A stretch of DNA of 64,000 nt, from positions 3,661,744-3,725,743 of the forward strand of contig NC_069006.1 of the NCBI RefSeq assembly GCF_001194135.2. Reading direction: 5' to 3'. A program made the position numbers and the translations under genes. Below, piece by piece: positions 54,261-63,966 of the stretch. Each line of letters opens with the position of its first letter. Positions within the stretch are counted from its first letter, which is position 1. Source of the DNA: Octopus bimaculoides (Eukaryota). The notes below the pieces were generated by a model. The model ran no database searches. It was not told where the DNA came from and saw nothing but the letters and a program-made list of their open reading frames with translations.

Positions 54261-54732
54261 CCCTTGTCGAGATATCATGTGATGGTCATAAATGAGCGTC
54301 ACTCTCACAGAAGCAATAGTATTAGTTCCCAGTCTACCAGGAAAGACATGTCTGGCCGTGGGAAAATTTAACATTGCTTGGAAATAGGGAAGGGCTGGCA
54401 ACAAGAAGGGCATTGGATCATGGGAAATCTGCCTCAATAAGCATCATCTGACCCATGCAAGCATGGAATACAGGCATCAAATGAAATCTACAACGAGGAT
54501 TTCCAGAGATGATTTTTGACTATAAAATTCATGTGAACTCAATTCTTGACAGAATTACCAAACTCACCGCTCATATTGCTTGGTAAATGTGGTTCTGTTC
54601 CGTTGGTAAGACCTCGACTGATGCTGCACTTGCTCATCATAAGGGTATCTGTTCTCAAACTGATTTGTTTCTCTGCTGCTACTGCTGCCACTATAGTAAT
54701 ATTCCCTGTAGGTGTCCTCCTCATCCAAGCTA
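7012..54732 (-). CDS. spen: Split ends / SHARP / Msx2-interacting protein: 17 coding exons, 5' end missing, about 5,990 aa visible
   Basis: Three RRMs with SPEN-typical sequence (DTSLRDGLFHEYKKHGKV; KATRTLFVGNLEK; GFGKSMPTNCVWLDNL; DFASRDCQ), a huge low-complexity middle and a C-terminal SPOC (MWQGLLALKND...PLRISQRMRLE...KQAAGIVNV...HIFPPCEFS). All junctions are GT-AG and phase-compatible; exon sum 17,977 nt = 1 + 5,992 codons including the stop. Confidence 0.95.
7795..8030 (+). mobile_element. SINE family B, two tandem decayed partial copies
   Basis: TTCT(C/G)AGTTCAAATCC...GTCAACTTTG(G)CCTTTCATCCTTT occurs twice. Confidence 0.7.
8176..8334 (-). CDS. spen: spen exon: SPOC part 2 (LTEEYCMLLALPNG...KQAAGIVNV)
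   Basis: Acceptor tttgtttcag, donor CAG|GTATAC, 159 nt, phase 0-0. Confidence 0.96.
8620..8990 (+). mobile_element. tRNA-derived SINE family A
   Basis: Head GGTTTAGTCCCA...CCTTGGGCAAGTGTCTTCTACTA, GT linker, tail GGGCATCCAGCC...CCATGCCAGCATGGAAA. Confidence 0.75.
9243..9446 (-). CDS. spen: spen exon: SPOC part 1 (KYEIMWQGLLALKND...RISQRMRLEPIQVEGVAKRMQ)
   Basis: Acceptor tttccttacag, donor CAG|GTAAGT, 204 nt; recognisable SPOC sequence. Confidence 0.96.
9774..9992 (-). mobile_element. piggyBac-type MITE family 1, inverted copy
   Basis: TTAA|CCCTTTAGCACTCAGATT...TAATGCTAAAAGGT|TTAA; internal sequence is the reverse complement of the 15762 copy. Confidence 0.8.
10425..10830 (+). mobile_element. 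SINE family A
   Basis: GGTTAAGAAGCTTG...GGGTTCAGTCCCACTG...CCTTGGGCAA; same tail as the 8620 copy. Confidence 0.75.
10947..11711 (-). CDS. spen: spen exon: Pro/His-rich region leading into SPOC
   Basis: Acceptor tttcatttctag, donor CAG|GTAAGT, 765 nt, phase 0-0. Confidence 0.92.
12324..12520. repeat. Long inverted repeat: 90-bp arms, 17-nt spacer, one mismatch (foldback/MITE-like)
   Basis: Arm 12324-12413 is the reverse complement of 12431-12520, except GTGACCAGG vs GTGATCAGG. Confidence 0.95.
13190..13500 (+). mobile_element. RTE-clade LINE reverse transcriptase fragment (pseudogenised)
   Basis: With frameshifts reads GVILN...NYRSVKLDDQVM...DEMKFTFEPGQSIMNTIFLLRPLQE...KKAFDKVP...WSLRK...IVRAMQAMY, matching RTE RT motifs (NYRGIKL, QFGF.PG, DLEKAFD.V). 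Confidence 0.8.
13770..13915 (+). mobile_element. SINE family A head, target of the nested family B insertion
   Basis: GGTTCAGTCCTACTGCATGGCAC...TTTGGTAGATGGAAACTGAAAGAAGCC. Confidence 0.7.
13916..14149 (-). mobile_element. tRNA-derived SINE family B, young intact copy with 8-bp TSD
   Basis: Minus-strand head GGCGCCGAGCTGGCAGAAACGTTAGC (A-box-like)...GAGTTCAAATTCC (B-box-like); CpGs intact; TGTGAGTT at 13908-13915 and 14150-14157. Confidence 0.85.
14262..14896 (-). CDS. spen: spen exon: Gln/Pro/Ser-rich, with polyQ
   Basis: Acceptor gccatttcag after a (TTA)n tract, donor CAA|GTAAGT, 635 nt, phase 1-0. Confidence 0.88.
14971..15300 (-). mobile_element. SINE family B, two decayed copies
   Basis: TTGACCCCAG...AACTGGTACTTATTT...ATTTGAACTCAGAAC core shared with the 13916 copy. 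Confidence 0.7.
15762..15981 (+). mobile_element. piggyBac-type MITE family 1
   Basis: TTAA|CCCTTTAGCATT...AATGCTAAAGGG|TTAA: TTAA TSD and CCC/GGG ends. Confidence 0.85.
16036..16174 (-). CDS. spen: spen exon (PIEKVPNPLRASLES...QQHK)
   Basis: Acceptor cattttgcag, donor G|GTATTG, 139 nt, phase 0-1. Confidence 0.88.
16642..17843 (-). CDS. spen: spen exon: Ser/Pro/His-rich region
   Basis: Acceptor tttgtttcag, donor CAG|GTAAGG, 1202 nt, phase 1-0. Confidence 0.92.
19053..32071 (-). CDS. spen: spen giant exon (13,019 nt, about 4,340 aa), low-complexity middle region
   Basis: Acceptor attttgtag at 32072-32073, 22 open codons before ORF 18991..32004, donor GCAG|GTAAGT at 19052; phase 2-1 fits both neighbours. 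Confidence 0.93.
32232..33061. repeat. 53-bp tandem minisatellite spanning an assembly gap
   Basis: Unit TAGTGATTGATTAGATCAGGGGTTTAACAAGAGTTAAATAGGGGTTAGGACAA starts at 32232, 32285, 32338, 32929, 32982, 33035. Confidence 0.95.
33051..33567. mobile_element. hAT-type non-autonomous DNA transposon with perfect 8-bp TSD
   Basis: GATTAGAT at 33043-33050 and 33568-33575; imperfect TIRs CAGGGGTTT / AAACCCTG; TTACCCC-like subterminal motifs near both ends. Confidence 0.75.
34307..34964 (+). mobile_element. piggyBac-type MITE family 1 split by inserted SINE/LINE-tail sequence (about 34396-34866)
   Basis: Left part ends ...GGCCTCTCACACC; right part resumes AAAATCTCAAAGCTACGAGA...TAAAGGG|TTAA. Confidence 0.8.
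35015..35199 (-). CDS. spen: spen exon: RRM C-terminus (IDFASRDCQTAFFEKMERTGQ...); this frame is absent from the ORF track
   Basis: Acceptor tttgtttgtag, donor CG|GTAAAG, 185 nt, phase 0-2; completes the RRM begun at 44382. Confidence 0.93.
36211..36400. repeat. Degenerate 20-22-bp minisatellite (GAGCAGTACTATGTAATAATAT-like)
   Basis: GCAGTACTA-like cores recur roughly eight to nine times. Confidence 0.7.
40050..40412 (-). mobile_element. SINE family A-type head with alternative tail; further family A pieces at about 18680-18806(-), 45405-45765(-), 51170-51545(-), 52375-52683(+), 53480-53870, 54270-54490(+), 59300-59470(+)
   Basis: Reverse complement of the family A head (ACCCAAGG...CAGTGGGAC...AAGCGAGCTTCCTAAC); shared head or tail motifs in the other copies. 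Confidence 0.7.
43150..43540 (+). mobile_element. Tc1/mariner transposase fossil
   Basis: IDSAVYLEVLEKTMP (43158-) and, after a frameshift, LDLNLIENLWK (about 43490-43525), resembling Tc1 Y..IL and SPDLNPIENLW motifs. Confidence 0.55.
44155..44382 (-). CDS. spen: spen exon: third visible RRM (LGFGKSMPTNCVWLDNL...KKKRIQ)
   Basis: Acceptor atttttag, donor CAG|GTAATT, 228 nt, phase 0-0. Confidence 0.95.
44689..44814 (-). CDS. spen: spen exon: RRM with RNP1-like AYAFVQY
   Basis: Acceptor cttcatcag, donor AAG|GTTCTT, 126 nt, phase 0-0. Confidence 0.93.
45869..46017 (-). CDS. spen: spen exon: second visible RRM start (DEYHPKATRTLFVGNLEK)
   Basis: Acceptor ttttgttcccag, donor ATA|GTAAGT, 149 nt, phase 1-0. 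Confidence 0.95.
47137..47225 (-). CDS. spen: spen exon: RRM end (PEDAAKALEASQDKMFFGKKIKVMAHEGV); not in ORF track
   Basis: Acceptor ctgttgcag, donor G|GTTAGT, 89 nt, phase 2-1. Confidence 0.93.
47434..47545 (-). CDS. spen: spen exon: RRM (DTSLRDGLFHEYKKHGKVTSVQVLGQGEERYSVVSFRK); not in ORF track
   Basis: Acceptor ttttacag, donor AA|GTGAGT, 112 nt, phase 1-2; hallmark SPEN RRM sequence. Confidence 0.95.
48362..48540 (-). CDS. spen: spen exon: start of first visible RRM (KPLGICVMGLPLRSS)
   Basis: Acceptor ctttctgtag, donor G|GTAAGT, 179 nt, phase 2-1. Confidence 0.92.
49140..49500 (-). mobile_element. SINE family B, two diverged copies (another at about 50640-50765)
   Basis: Degenerate matches to the family B core (...GAATGGCAAAATCGAC...ATTTGAACT; CTCAACTGATACGTATTTCATCGAC). 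Confidence 0.6.
49634..49850 (+). mobile_element. piggyBac-type MITE family 1
   Basis: TTAA|CCCTTTAGCATTTAAACTGG...GAAGGG|TTAA; same body as the 15762 copy. Confidence 0.85.
49983..50474 (-). CDS. spen: spen exon: Ala/Gly/Ser-rich then RS-rich linker
   Basis: Acceptor gtttctgtatttcag, donor AAG|GTCATT (weak), 492 nt, phase 2-2; lies in ORF 49910..50497. Confidence 0.85.
54568..54732 (-). CDS. spen: spen coding exon, most 5' one found (SLDEEDTYREYYYSG...KQYER); this frame is absent from the ORF track
   Basis: Acceptor ttttgtttttccag, donor CG|GTGAGT, 165 nt, phase 2-2, stop-free; joins the next exon as CG|G GCA (R-A). No homology support. Confidence 0.7.
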
Positions 54733-55489
54733 CTGGAAAAACAAAAAGAAAATAATAATAATTATTATTATTATAGCAGAACAACAATTTGAGGTTAGAA
54801 CAAGGTTTAGACTGCAGAAACCTGGACATAAATAATAGAAAGTGTCAAAACTTATGAGATTTAATAAAAATTATAATTGACATCAGCTTCAATGTACAGG
54901 CAGCTCAAATAGACAAAACTGTAGAGAAGGAAATTTATTGATGAGGTCAAGAAAGGTGATGAAAGGAGTTTGACAAAACTGATTGAATGACCAAATGATT
55001 ACTTAAGCAACTGATTAGTTTATTTGGTTAAAAGGTTACCCAATTGACAAATAAAGAAGTGAAACAATCTGTGCATGTGTTTATTATTTGGTATAATGAC
55101 CCTCCCAAGATACAACAAAATGTTTCAACACACACATTCACATCAAGGATCTTGCAAACCAAATACAAATATGAAATACAGGAAAGAACTGCGTGAAAGA
55201 AACAAAATATCTGAATAATTATGTAATTAACTAATAAACTAGTAAATTCCCTGCAGTTTCTTTTGATGATATTAGAGGAAGAAAAAACAAACTGCCTTCA
55301 CCCAAACTTCACTATTGTTGCTCAGAGAACCAATAATTCTAGTTGCGCCAACTATCAACACTTTGAAGGATATCAACTTGAATTTTAAACTCTTTAGGAA
55401 AAGAATGAAGATTCCTCATGGCAGGAACAAAACTCAGAAATTTAAAGAATCAAATGTATTTCCACAAAGTTAACCAACCTAAAACTAGA

Positions 55490-56200
55490 GGCGAGTTTTG
55501 AAATTCTCCTGCTGGCAACAAAAGGCGTCTCTCTCAGAATGACAGGCAGATTGTATGATGCTTGTGTGTGAACAGCTATGCTACATAGCAGTGAAACATG
55601 GGTTGTGACAGCCAAGGACATGTGTAGGCTTGCATCAGTGGTGTCAGATGTGGTGAGCAAGAGAGATGAATGCACTGGTACAGTCATATGATGCGTATGA
55701 ACGAGGACAGCTGTATAAAGAAGTGCCAATCCCTAACCGTGGAGGGAAGCTGTGGTAGAGTTAGACCCAGGAAGACATGGAATGAGGTGGTGAAGCATGG
55801 TCTCTGAACTTTGGGCCTCACAGAGGCAATGACTAGTGACTAAGACCTTTGGCGATATGCTGTGCTTGAGAAGACCCATCAAGCCAAGTGAAATCATAGT
55901 CGTAGCTGTTGCTGGTGTCACATAACCAGCACCTTTCAAGCATTGCGCCTCACGAAGGCAAAGTGAGTGATTAAGCTCCTTTCAAATGTTGGGCCTCACA
56001 GAAGCAATGACCGACATCTTTGGCATTATGCTGTGCTTCAGAAGACCCCTCAAGCCAAGTAAAACCACAGCTGTGACAGACAGCCACGGTCACACAAATG
56101 TGCCAGTGGGACAGAAAAATACCCATTACACTCTGAGAGTGGGTGGTGTTAGGAAGGGCATCCAGCTGTAGAAACCAAGCCAAAACAGACTGGAGAGGAT
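55490..56200 (+). mobile_element. RTE-clade LINE 3' end (decayed ORF C-terminus plus tail)
   Basis: KGVSLRMTGRLYDACV*TAMLHSSETW...HWYSHMMRM...GRVRPRKTWNEVV...DLWRYAV matches RTE C-terminal motifs (LY...V...YGSETW; RW.GH..R; GRP..TW; WR). Confidence 0.85.
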
Positions 56201-57559
56201 GGTATAGATGATGAGATCACTGAAGTAGTAGAATGATGCGAGTTAAACTCAGTAGTCAAACCACACTTCAGACCAAACTGTTTATCCAGCACTCTTAAAT
56301 CTATAGCACTGACCTAAAACACATCAGTCACTACCTCATGTGACACAATGTATAGCAGCAACAATACAATAACATTACATTTCTGATATAACAAACATGG
56401 TAGTATGTCTCTCATCTGAATTGTAGGATTGAAATATAACAATCTTTATTCTTATATTAAAAAATGGTCCTGTAGTGTTTTAGATTCAAGTCGAAATTGC
56501 TTCATTAGGTTTTTTTCATCAAAAATGTTCCAATTGGCTGTCTTAGTTTTATACATTCAGGATGACATTGGACATGTTTTTTCATCATCAGAGAATACCT
56601 ACCACCATTAGATGAAGTGCATTCATAATACACATGATTTACAGGTGTAAGGAAACCTTGAGACACCTTATGTAGTTCAAAGTTATCATGTCTCCTCCAC
56701 AGGAGTGATGTATGTAACAAAAGCACAGGTTTGTAGAAATCAACAAACAACTTTATTTGCTTTTGCATAGTGATATCTTTAGATTTCCAAATCATGAGTT
56801 ATGTCATGCTGAAGAGCCCAGAACAAGGGTGAAAATGCTACTATCCATGACTACTGGAAACTAATAAAAATATTATATGGAAATAATGGATACCCTTTTC
56901 ACTCTTTGATAATGATTTCTCAATGTAAGAAAAATAAACTTAGAAACAATCCTCTCGCCTTAAGTATCACACACTCTCTCCCCTTAAGTAGCGGTTCCCA
57001 ATGAGTCAGCTACGTGTATACTGATGACTGCTAAACAAATAATAATTCATGAGATGGAGACACAAAGTTGAAACATGGTTTCTCAAAGATCAACCTTATA
57101 CCAATGAATTGTATGTGCTATGAATACACATTGTCTAAAGCAAAGGGACGTTCTCCAATGACAAAAAGCAACAGTCATCAGGTATTCATGCCCAAATCTG
57201 CCAGAAGATATTGAGAATATATAAACGCAGTTTTTGTTTGGATTCCCTCAGTTCTGTGTGTACCTCGTGAATTAATTATCATCAATTATAGCCTTCAAGG
57301 ATATACACCAGCAAAAGCCACACACAAACACACACACACACACACACACATACACAGTGACATATGCAAAGTAAAGTCAGGTCAGTAAAAAAAATTAAAA
57401 TAAAAAATAAAAAACAATAAAACCACTTTCAACAAGAGAAAATTACAGATATTTTCTGTAGCTTGAAGCTTGAAACCAGATCAACTGGGTGTATTAGATG
57501 AGTCGTTATTATGAGAACTAGGTTCCTGCTGTCACACTTGGTATATTTATTACAATTCA

Positions 57560-57608
<49 letters not shown>

Positions 57609-60410
57609 ACGCGTGTATGTTTGATAACACAAATATGAGAAGAGATAGCCAAAACTACAGAACTGGACTATATTTTTGGTATTTACAGCTGTTGTCACTC
57701 TCTTGGTTCCAAGTTCAATCTATGTTAGCGTGATAAAAGTTTATTCCACTAATACCCCCTCTACACACACATACAGTCACACCCCCCCCTCCCACTTACG
57801 AACGTTGTCCTTGAGCTTAGTAAAATCAATATGACAACATATTCTATACACAGACACAATTATCATTAACACACACACACACACGATCATCAACAATAGC
57901 AAAAAGTATTTCATATTCTTTCCACAGATCAATGTTTATCCCCCACCTCCTCTTTCTATTTTTTTTTCATTCAAATGCAATCATCACTTAACTGCAGATA
58001 TGGTATCGGGGTGGGGGTCAGTGAGAGAGAGAGATAGAGAGAGAGAGTGTGAATAGAAGCCATCAATAGTGATCCAGTGTGTTTGTACATCACAAAATAA
58101 CAAATATATCTTTTACTGATCAGCTCATTTGCAAGCAATAACCAAACTTTTCTTTCCTGTCTTACAAAAAAAAAAAAAAGCCAAAGAACAAAACCATGTT
58201 GGCTGGAAAAAAAAAAAGATGGAATGGTCACTGTTGGAAAGTCATCGTTAGTCTACAGGTCAAAAATATTCCTAATGACTCCATAACAGGGAAGATGAAC
58301 TATTTTTAATTTTCATAGGAAATTAAGTCCTGACCCTATTAGCAAATCAGAAAATTAAATACAAAGATTGCTAAGACTAATCTTATTTTGGTTTTATTTA
58401 AAACACGACATTGCAGTTACGGCGGATCATATAGTTTTATTAAGGATTTTGTAGCTAAGACAGATCATAGTTTTTTATATTTAGGACTTTACACCATGTA
58501 ATGATTCTCCATATATTTAGAAAGCTATTTAATACAAGACTCAATGGTACTTACTAAATCTATTAGTATTAACAGAAAGACAAATGTGAGACAGAGAGGT
58601 ATATCACGGAGTGACAGTTGGCCTAGTTGCTACGGAAACCACATTACTATACTAACTGATAATAGCTAAATGGTTCCCATTTCACTAACACTACATCTGG
58701 GTGTATAGTTCCAGTTCAATGGTTCTAGAGAGATATATTAGGGAAGTAGATAATGTAATTGATAAGAGGCTGGAGTTTATATAAAGTCAGATGTCAGTGT
58801 GGTTGAGCAGAGAATCCTTCCCACAATGACTTCTTGTTTTAGCATTTTTATACACAGATGAGAAATAAGCAAGCAGTTTCTAAAAAAAGAAGCCTCAAAC
58901 TTAGGAAAGAGACCAAAAATTTCTCACACTCAGCTTAGTCCAGTGACCTGTTTGTTGTGTGTGCGCGCATGTGTGTGTGTGTGTGTGTTGCCACGCAACA
59001 CGCACTCGCTGATATAGTGTGCAATTAAATACTATACAGCCTTTAATCAAAACATTGTTTCGTCCAAATCTTGTGGTAAAAGAGAAAGAGAGGAAGCCAA
59101 AAAGAGTGACAAAAACTTCACTCGAAGGTAAAGATATCGGTATAGGAACTTTTGTGATTGAAGTGAATACAATTTCAACATCATCATCATCAATTAACAT
59201 CAATTTTGACAGAGGTTAGCAAGCTTGGAACATGAGCATTAAATGATGACGATGATGATGATGAGTTAACGTTAACTGAGAGGTCTTGTCTTGCAAGTTA
59301 CCTGGTAGCCTCACTAGTACCACATAAAAAGCATGCAGCAGAGTGATTGGTGTTGGGAAGGGCATCCAGCCATAAAAATCATGCCAAAGCAGAGATGGGG
59401 GCCTCACCAGCTCTTGTTGAACTGCCCAGCCCATGTCAACATGGAAAATGGATATCACTTGATGAGGATGAGGATCAGTGTGTGTGTGGGGGAGGGGCAG
59501 AAATATTTTAATTTATAATAGTTTCTAAAACAGGTAAAGATTTTTGAGAGGACATGGCTATTATTTGACTGTCACTGGCTGATATTATCAGCCTCAGAAC
59601 AAAAAGTGAAATCAATCTCAGTGTCATTTGAAATTGAAACAATAACACAACAGCTGTAACACAGCACCCTAGCAACATTAAGGCCTGTAACACAGCACCC
59701 TAGCAACATGTCTCAACCAGTGAAAACAAACATAACAAAGAGCAACATCAACATTAATGGGCAAACATTGTGTTGAGAGACACATTGTTATCAGCAAGTT
59801 AACGACCTGACTACCAATACAGTGTGGGTTATGAATAAATAAGTACAAAGTTGAATTGAGGGTCAACTGACATAGATTTCAGTTATTTCTGGAAATTCAA
59901 TATTAATTTATCAGGCAGAGAAATAGTACAGCAGAATACAACAAAAAATATTTATAAATAAATAACAGCAAATCGAAAGATATTCAGAGGATGGTGGTGT
60001 CTTTTTAGCCCCAGGTCAATCTTCACTGAGCCAACCCCTAATCAAACACATCCTAGCCTTAAACATTCAAGTCTCTTTGAAGTGCATCCAGGAACGGGAT
60101 GTACAACCTTTCTGGTCCAAAGGGCCAACAAATCAGGAATTCAATCACTCAAGGCAGGCCGCAAAGTATATCATATAATTTGGATGATCGAAAACAGTAG
60201 CAAAGAAAAGGTTAATAAAGGCATGAAGGAAATTAATATAAAGAAACAATAATAAATAAATACTATTGTGTGTGTTTGTGGTACAAGCAGTTCGTTATGT
60301 TAATTTTCAGTTATTTATTAAAACAAGAAAGTCTTTGCAATATGGTTTTACAGGCTGCAGTTTGTGCATTGCTGATCTAGGAATACATTATTGAAAGTAT
60401 TGTTTCTTGT

Positions 60411-60624
60411 TTAACCCTTTTGTGACCATATTTCTGTCGAAATACATTGCCTTCGTTCCGATTAATTTTGAAAATAATGAAAAATGTAGTAAAATGATTA
60501 TCATTGTTAAATTGGTGTTTGAAATATAAATTAACGAAGTTTTGATTTAGATCACTTTAAAACATGAAGTTTCTATCATAAAATCAGGGGCAGTTTCAGA
60601 TGGGTTCAGTATCAAAAGGGTTAA
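60411..60624 (+). mobile_element. piggyBac-type MITE family 2
   Basis: TTAA|CCCTTTTG...CAAAAGGG|TTAA. Related reverse or partial copies at about 47766-47990, 43649-43850, 16225-16513 (two) and 2040-2160 share GTGATCTAAATTAAAAC...CCATCAAAATTTCATG. Confidence 0.8.
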
Positions 60625-62179
60625 AGTCAATCAAGTCCAAATCCAACTGGGCAGAGATAGCAGCAGCATCTCCCACATCTCATTACACCCTAACATCTTC
60701 AAAAAGAGACACACATTGGCTAATGTAATTGCTGATGAACACCTTGGTCATAGATGGATCATGTTTGATCCTAAACTGCTGCTACATCACAACTAACCTA
60801 TGACTAAACAACAACCATTGTGATTCCAGGGTTTTGTATCTTGGGTCTGAACAAAACACATGAGGGGAGAATGTTGTGCACCTCTTGTGACCACACAAAC
60901 AATATAGGGAAGAGAACAACAAAATGTCATCTGGTGCCTAAAATCATGTTCCAATTAATATTCCCAGTCTACATTTCCCTAATTCATATCTGAATTCTAT
61001 AAATTTCATTCAACAACAAATTCTTCTACCTTCAACATTATTACTTTTTCCAAAACCAATTCTTTCATTACAACTTTATTATTTACATTCCCTGTTGAGA
61101 CACCACCCCCCACCACCACCACCACCACATATATATCCCCCCTCCACTGTATACCACTAATCACTTCCCTCCTTCCTCCCTCCCTTAAGTTTGCTCTCAG
61201 TTGCCCCAAATTACCAATGGGAGTGGGGATGGGAAAACCCACACATACCACCCCACCTGTCCATTACATCAACTCATTAAATAGCCTGACATCCAGGTCC
61301 AGTGCCAAGTTCTAAAAGTTTCTGGAAATGCACAAGACAGAGAGACAGAGAGAGAGAGAGAGGGGGAGGGGAAACAGATGTGGGAGAGAAGGTAGAGGAT
61401 GGGGGAGAAGGCAGAGGAAGGGGGAGGGGGCATACAAAGCTATCAGATCACATGCTTCTCAGACAAAACAAAAAAAAAAGTTAAAGTTCATCATTGCATT
61501 CAAATCATTTTAAAACCTAAATTAAACTAAATTAATCACTACCAAACACACACACACACACACGAGCTACAACTGCTGCCGTCACCACCACTGCCAAGCA
61601 CAATCACTACCACAATGACACACACACACACACACACTACATATCAACAGTGACACACATACAGACCTCTCCCCCTGCCATTACTACCACATCGTCATCA
61701 CCACCATCGCCAGCACTACCACTGCCATGCAGCTGTCACCACCACCACCACCACCACCACCACCTGAATCAGTTAATGACGATTTCTGACTGACTAAGCA
61801 GCCAAGTGAAGAATCTCATAAACCTGTTTTAAAACTATTTTATATATTTCCAGAGTAGTTAGTTCAGTTACTGCAGTCACAATAGACAGGCATGAAGGCC
61901 ATAGGCTCAAAAAAAAAAAAACGAAAGCAAATCTGTGCCATATTCGCTAAAAATATATGCAGCTATCCGTAAGAAAGAAACATTACGTAGTTGTTAGAAA
62001 GAAGATATTGGAGACAGAGGAGAATGAGTCCAAGCGAACACATTACCATACAATCACAGAACATGGAAATCTAATTGCAGACATAACATACAAACATGGA
62101 ATATGCAAATTAGCTGGCCTGTCACTTTTGGAATTGAATGTCAGAACATCTAATTTGCATACTGTTTTCTTTCATTGTA

Positions 62180-62246
<67 letters not shown>

Positions 62247-62368
62247 TCCATTAACATGTATATCTGTATTGTAGCTACTGCATGCCAGACTGCAGAAGCC
62301 ACTGCATTGCTAACATCTATGCACCACATTGCGGTCGTTTAGTCACTGCTGCATCCAGATAACACACA

Positions 62369-62428
<60 letters not shown>

Positions 62429-62473
62429 CACATACACACACACACGTACTTGATAAATCTGTGTTGGAATATG

Positions 62474-62505
<32 letters not shown>

Positions 62506-63161
62506 CATGTGTGTTTACACACACACACACACACACACACCAGAAAATATACACACAGAGATAATCCTAAACTAAAAACAGTCAGTCTGGCTGACATTCT
62601 CTGACTCAAAAACATTGAACATTGAAAGTTTACATTTCAAAATCTAGGCTGGGTGAGGTTGGGGGGAGGGGGCATCGGTTTCTGGATTATTCTGTCTTAG
62701 ATGTGTTTTGATGTCTGAGAAGAAGTGACATGTGATATGGCAAAGGCAGCTGAAAGGTGGGGAGGGGGGAACGTCCCCTTCTTCCTTCCCTCCCTCCCTC
62801 CCTCACCGACCACCACAGCTGGTAGCAGGAACGTTAAGAACATTGAGCAGCTGTACAGACATGATAGGATGTTGGGAGGAGAAGGAGGAGGAGGAAGGGA
62901 GGGAGGATGTGGTAGCGGTGAGGGGAGAGAAATGATTAGGCAGACAATATTGCACATAATTATATGTGGAAAAAAATAAATAAATAAAAATAAGGAGCTC
63001 AGGGAAATAACTTAAGTGGGCCAATGGCATGAATATAGATGATTCATCTAGGTGATGCACTACATGTCTGTGTGCATATATACATTACATACATGCGTAT
63101 ATATGCTGTGTCTATTATATAGTTCATGAAGGTAATGTATTGCATGTTTTTGTTGTTTGTG

Positions 63162-63205
<44 letters not shown>

Positions 63206-63308
63206 GCGCGCGCGCGTACATACGCGCGCGCACATTATTTGTGTGTGCATACATACAATGTAGATACTCCATGCCTATTATGTAATTCATGTAGGTGATG
63301 TGCAACGG

Positions 63309-63357
<49 letters not shown>

Positions 63358-63567
63358 TATATATATATAATGTCTGTTTCTATGTCAGGTTATTATAAAA
63401 ATAATTGAACATTAAACTGAAAAATTACTCAATACTTCATTTGTAGAGTACATATTTATTACATTTTTACAGGACTGTGACTGACTACGTTTATGGCAGG
63501 TCGAAAACTTCACTGTCACAGCTATTTTGTATAAGCATTAAATATAGATACACAAGTTTATACATAC

Positions 63568-63604
<37 letters not shown>

Positions 63605-63966
63605 GTTGGCAATTATATGTTACAATTCCGTATTGCTACTGTTTACATCTCACCCAGATTTAATATACCTTATTTCTCCTTTTTCGAGATCAGCCGCAAT
63701 CTGTAGCTGGAAAAAGCATATAGTATTTTGTGAGTGAGGTGGGTTTTCATCACTAGCTGGTGATTAACACACCCTGAAGACAGATAACGACCCAGAAACG
63801 CGAGTCTATGTGTATTACGTAAGGCTAGGAATGGGAGCAATGACCTCCCCTCTCAAATACTAATCGGACACAGAATGTGTGTCGTTAGACCGCTAGAAGA
63901 GATGTCTTCCTGGGGCTATAAAATGCCAGTAGCAATGTCCCATATAGGACACCACACCTGTTTGGC

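Noticed and set aside
56440-56560. Minus-strand frame MYKTKTANWNIFDEKNLMKQFRLESKTLQDHFLI, vaguely like a Harbinger nuclease start
   Set aside because: 34 aa, no flanking TIRs or further motifs; similarity too weak to support.
62788-62802. (GGGA)3GGG potential RNA G-quadruplex on the sense strand
   Set aside because: Part of a purine/pyrimidine simple-repeat tract deep in an intron; nothing distinguishes it from background.
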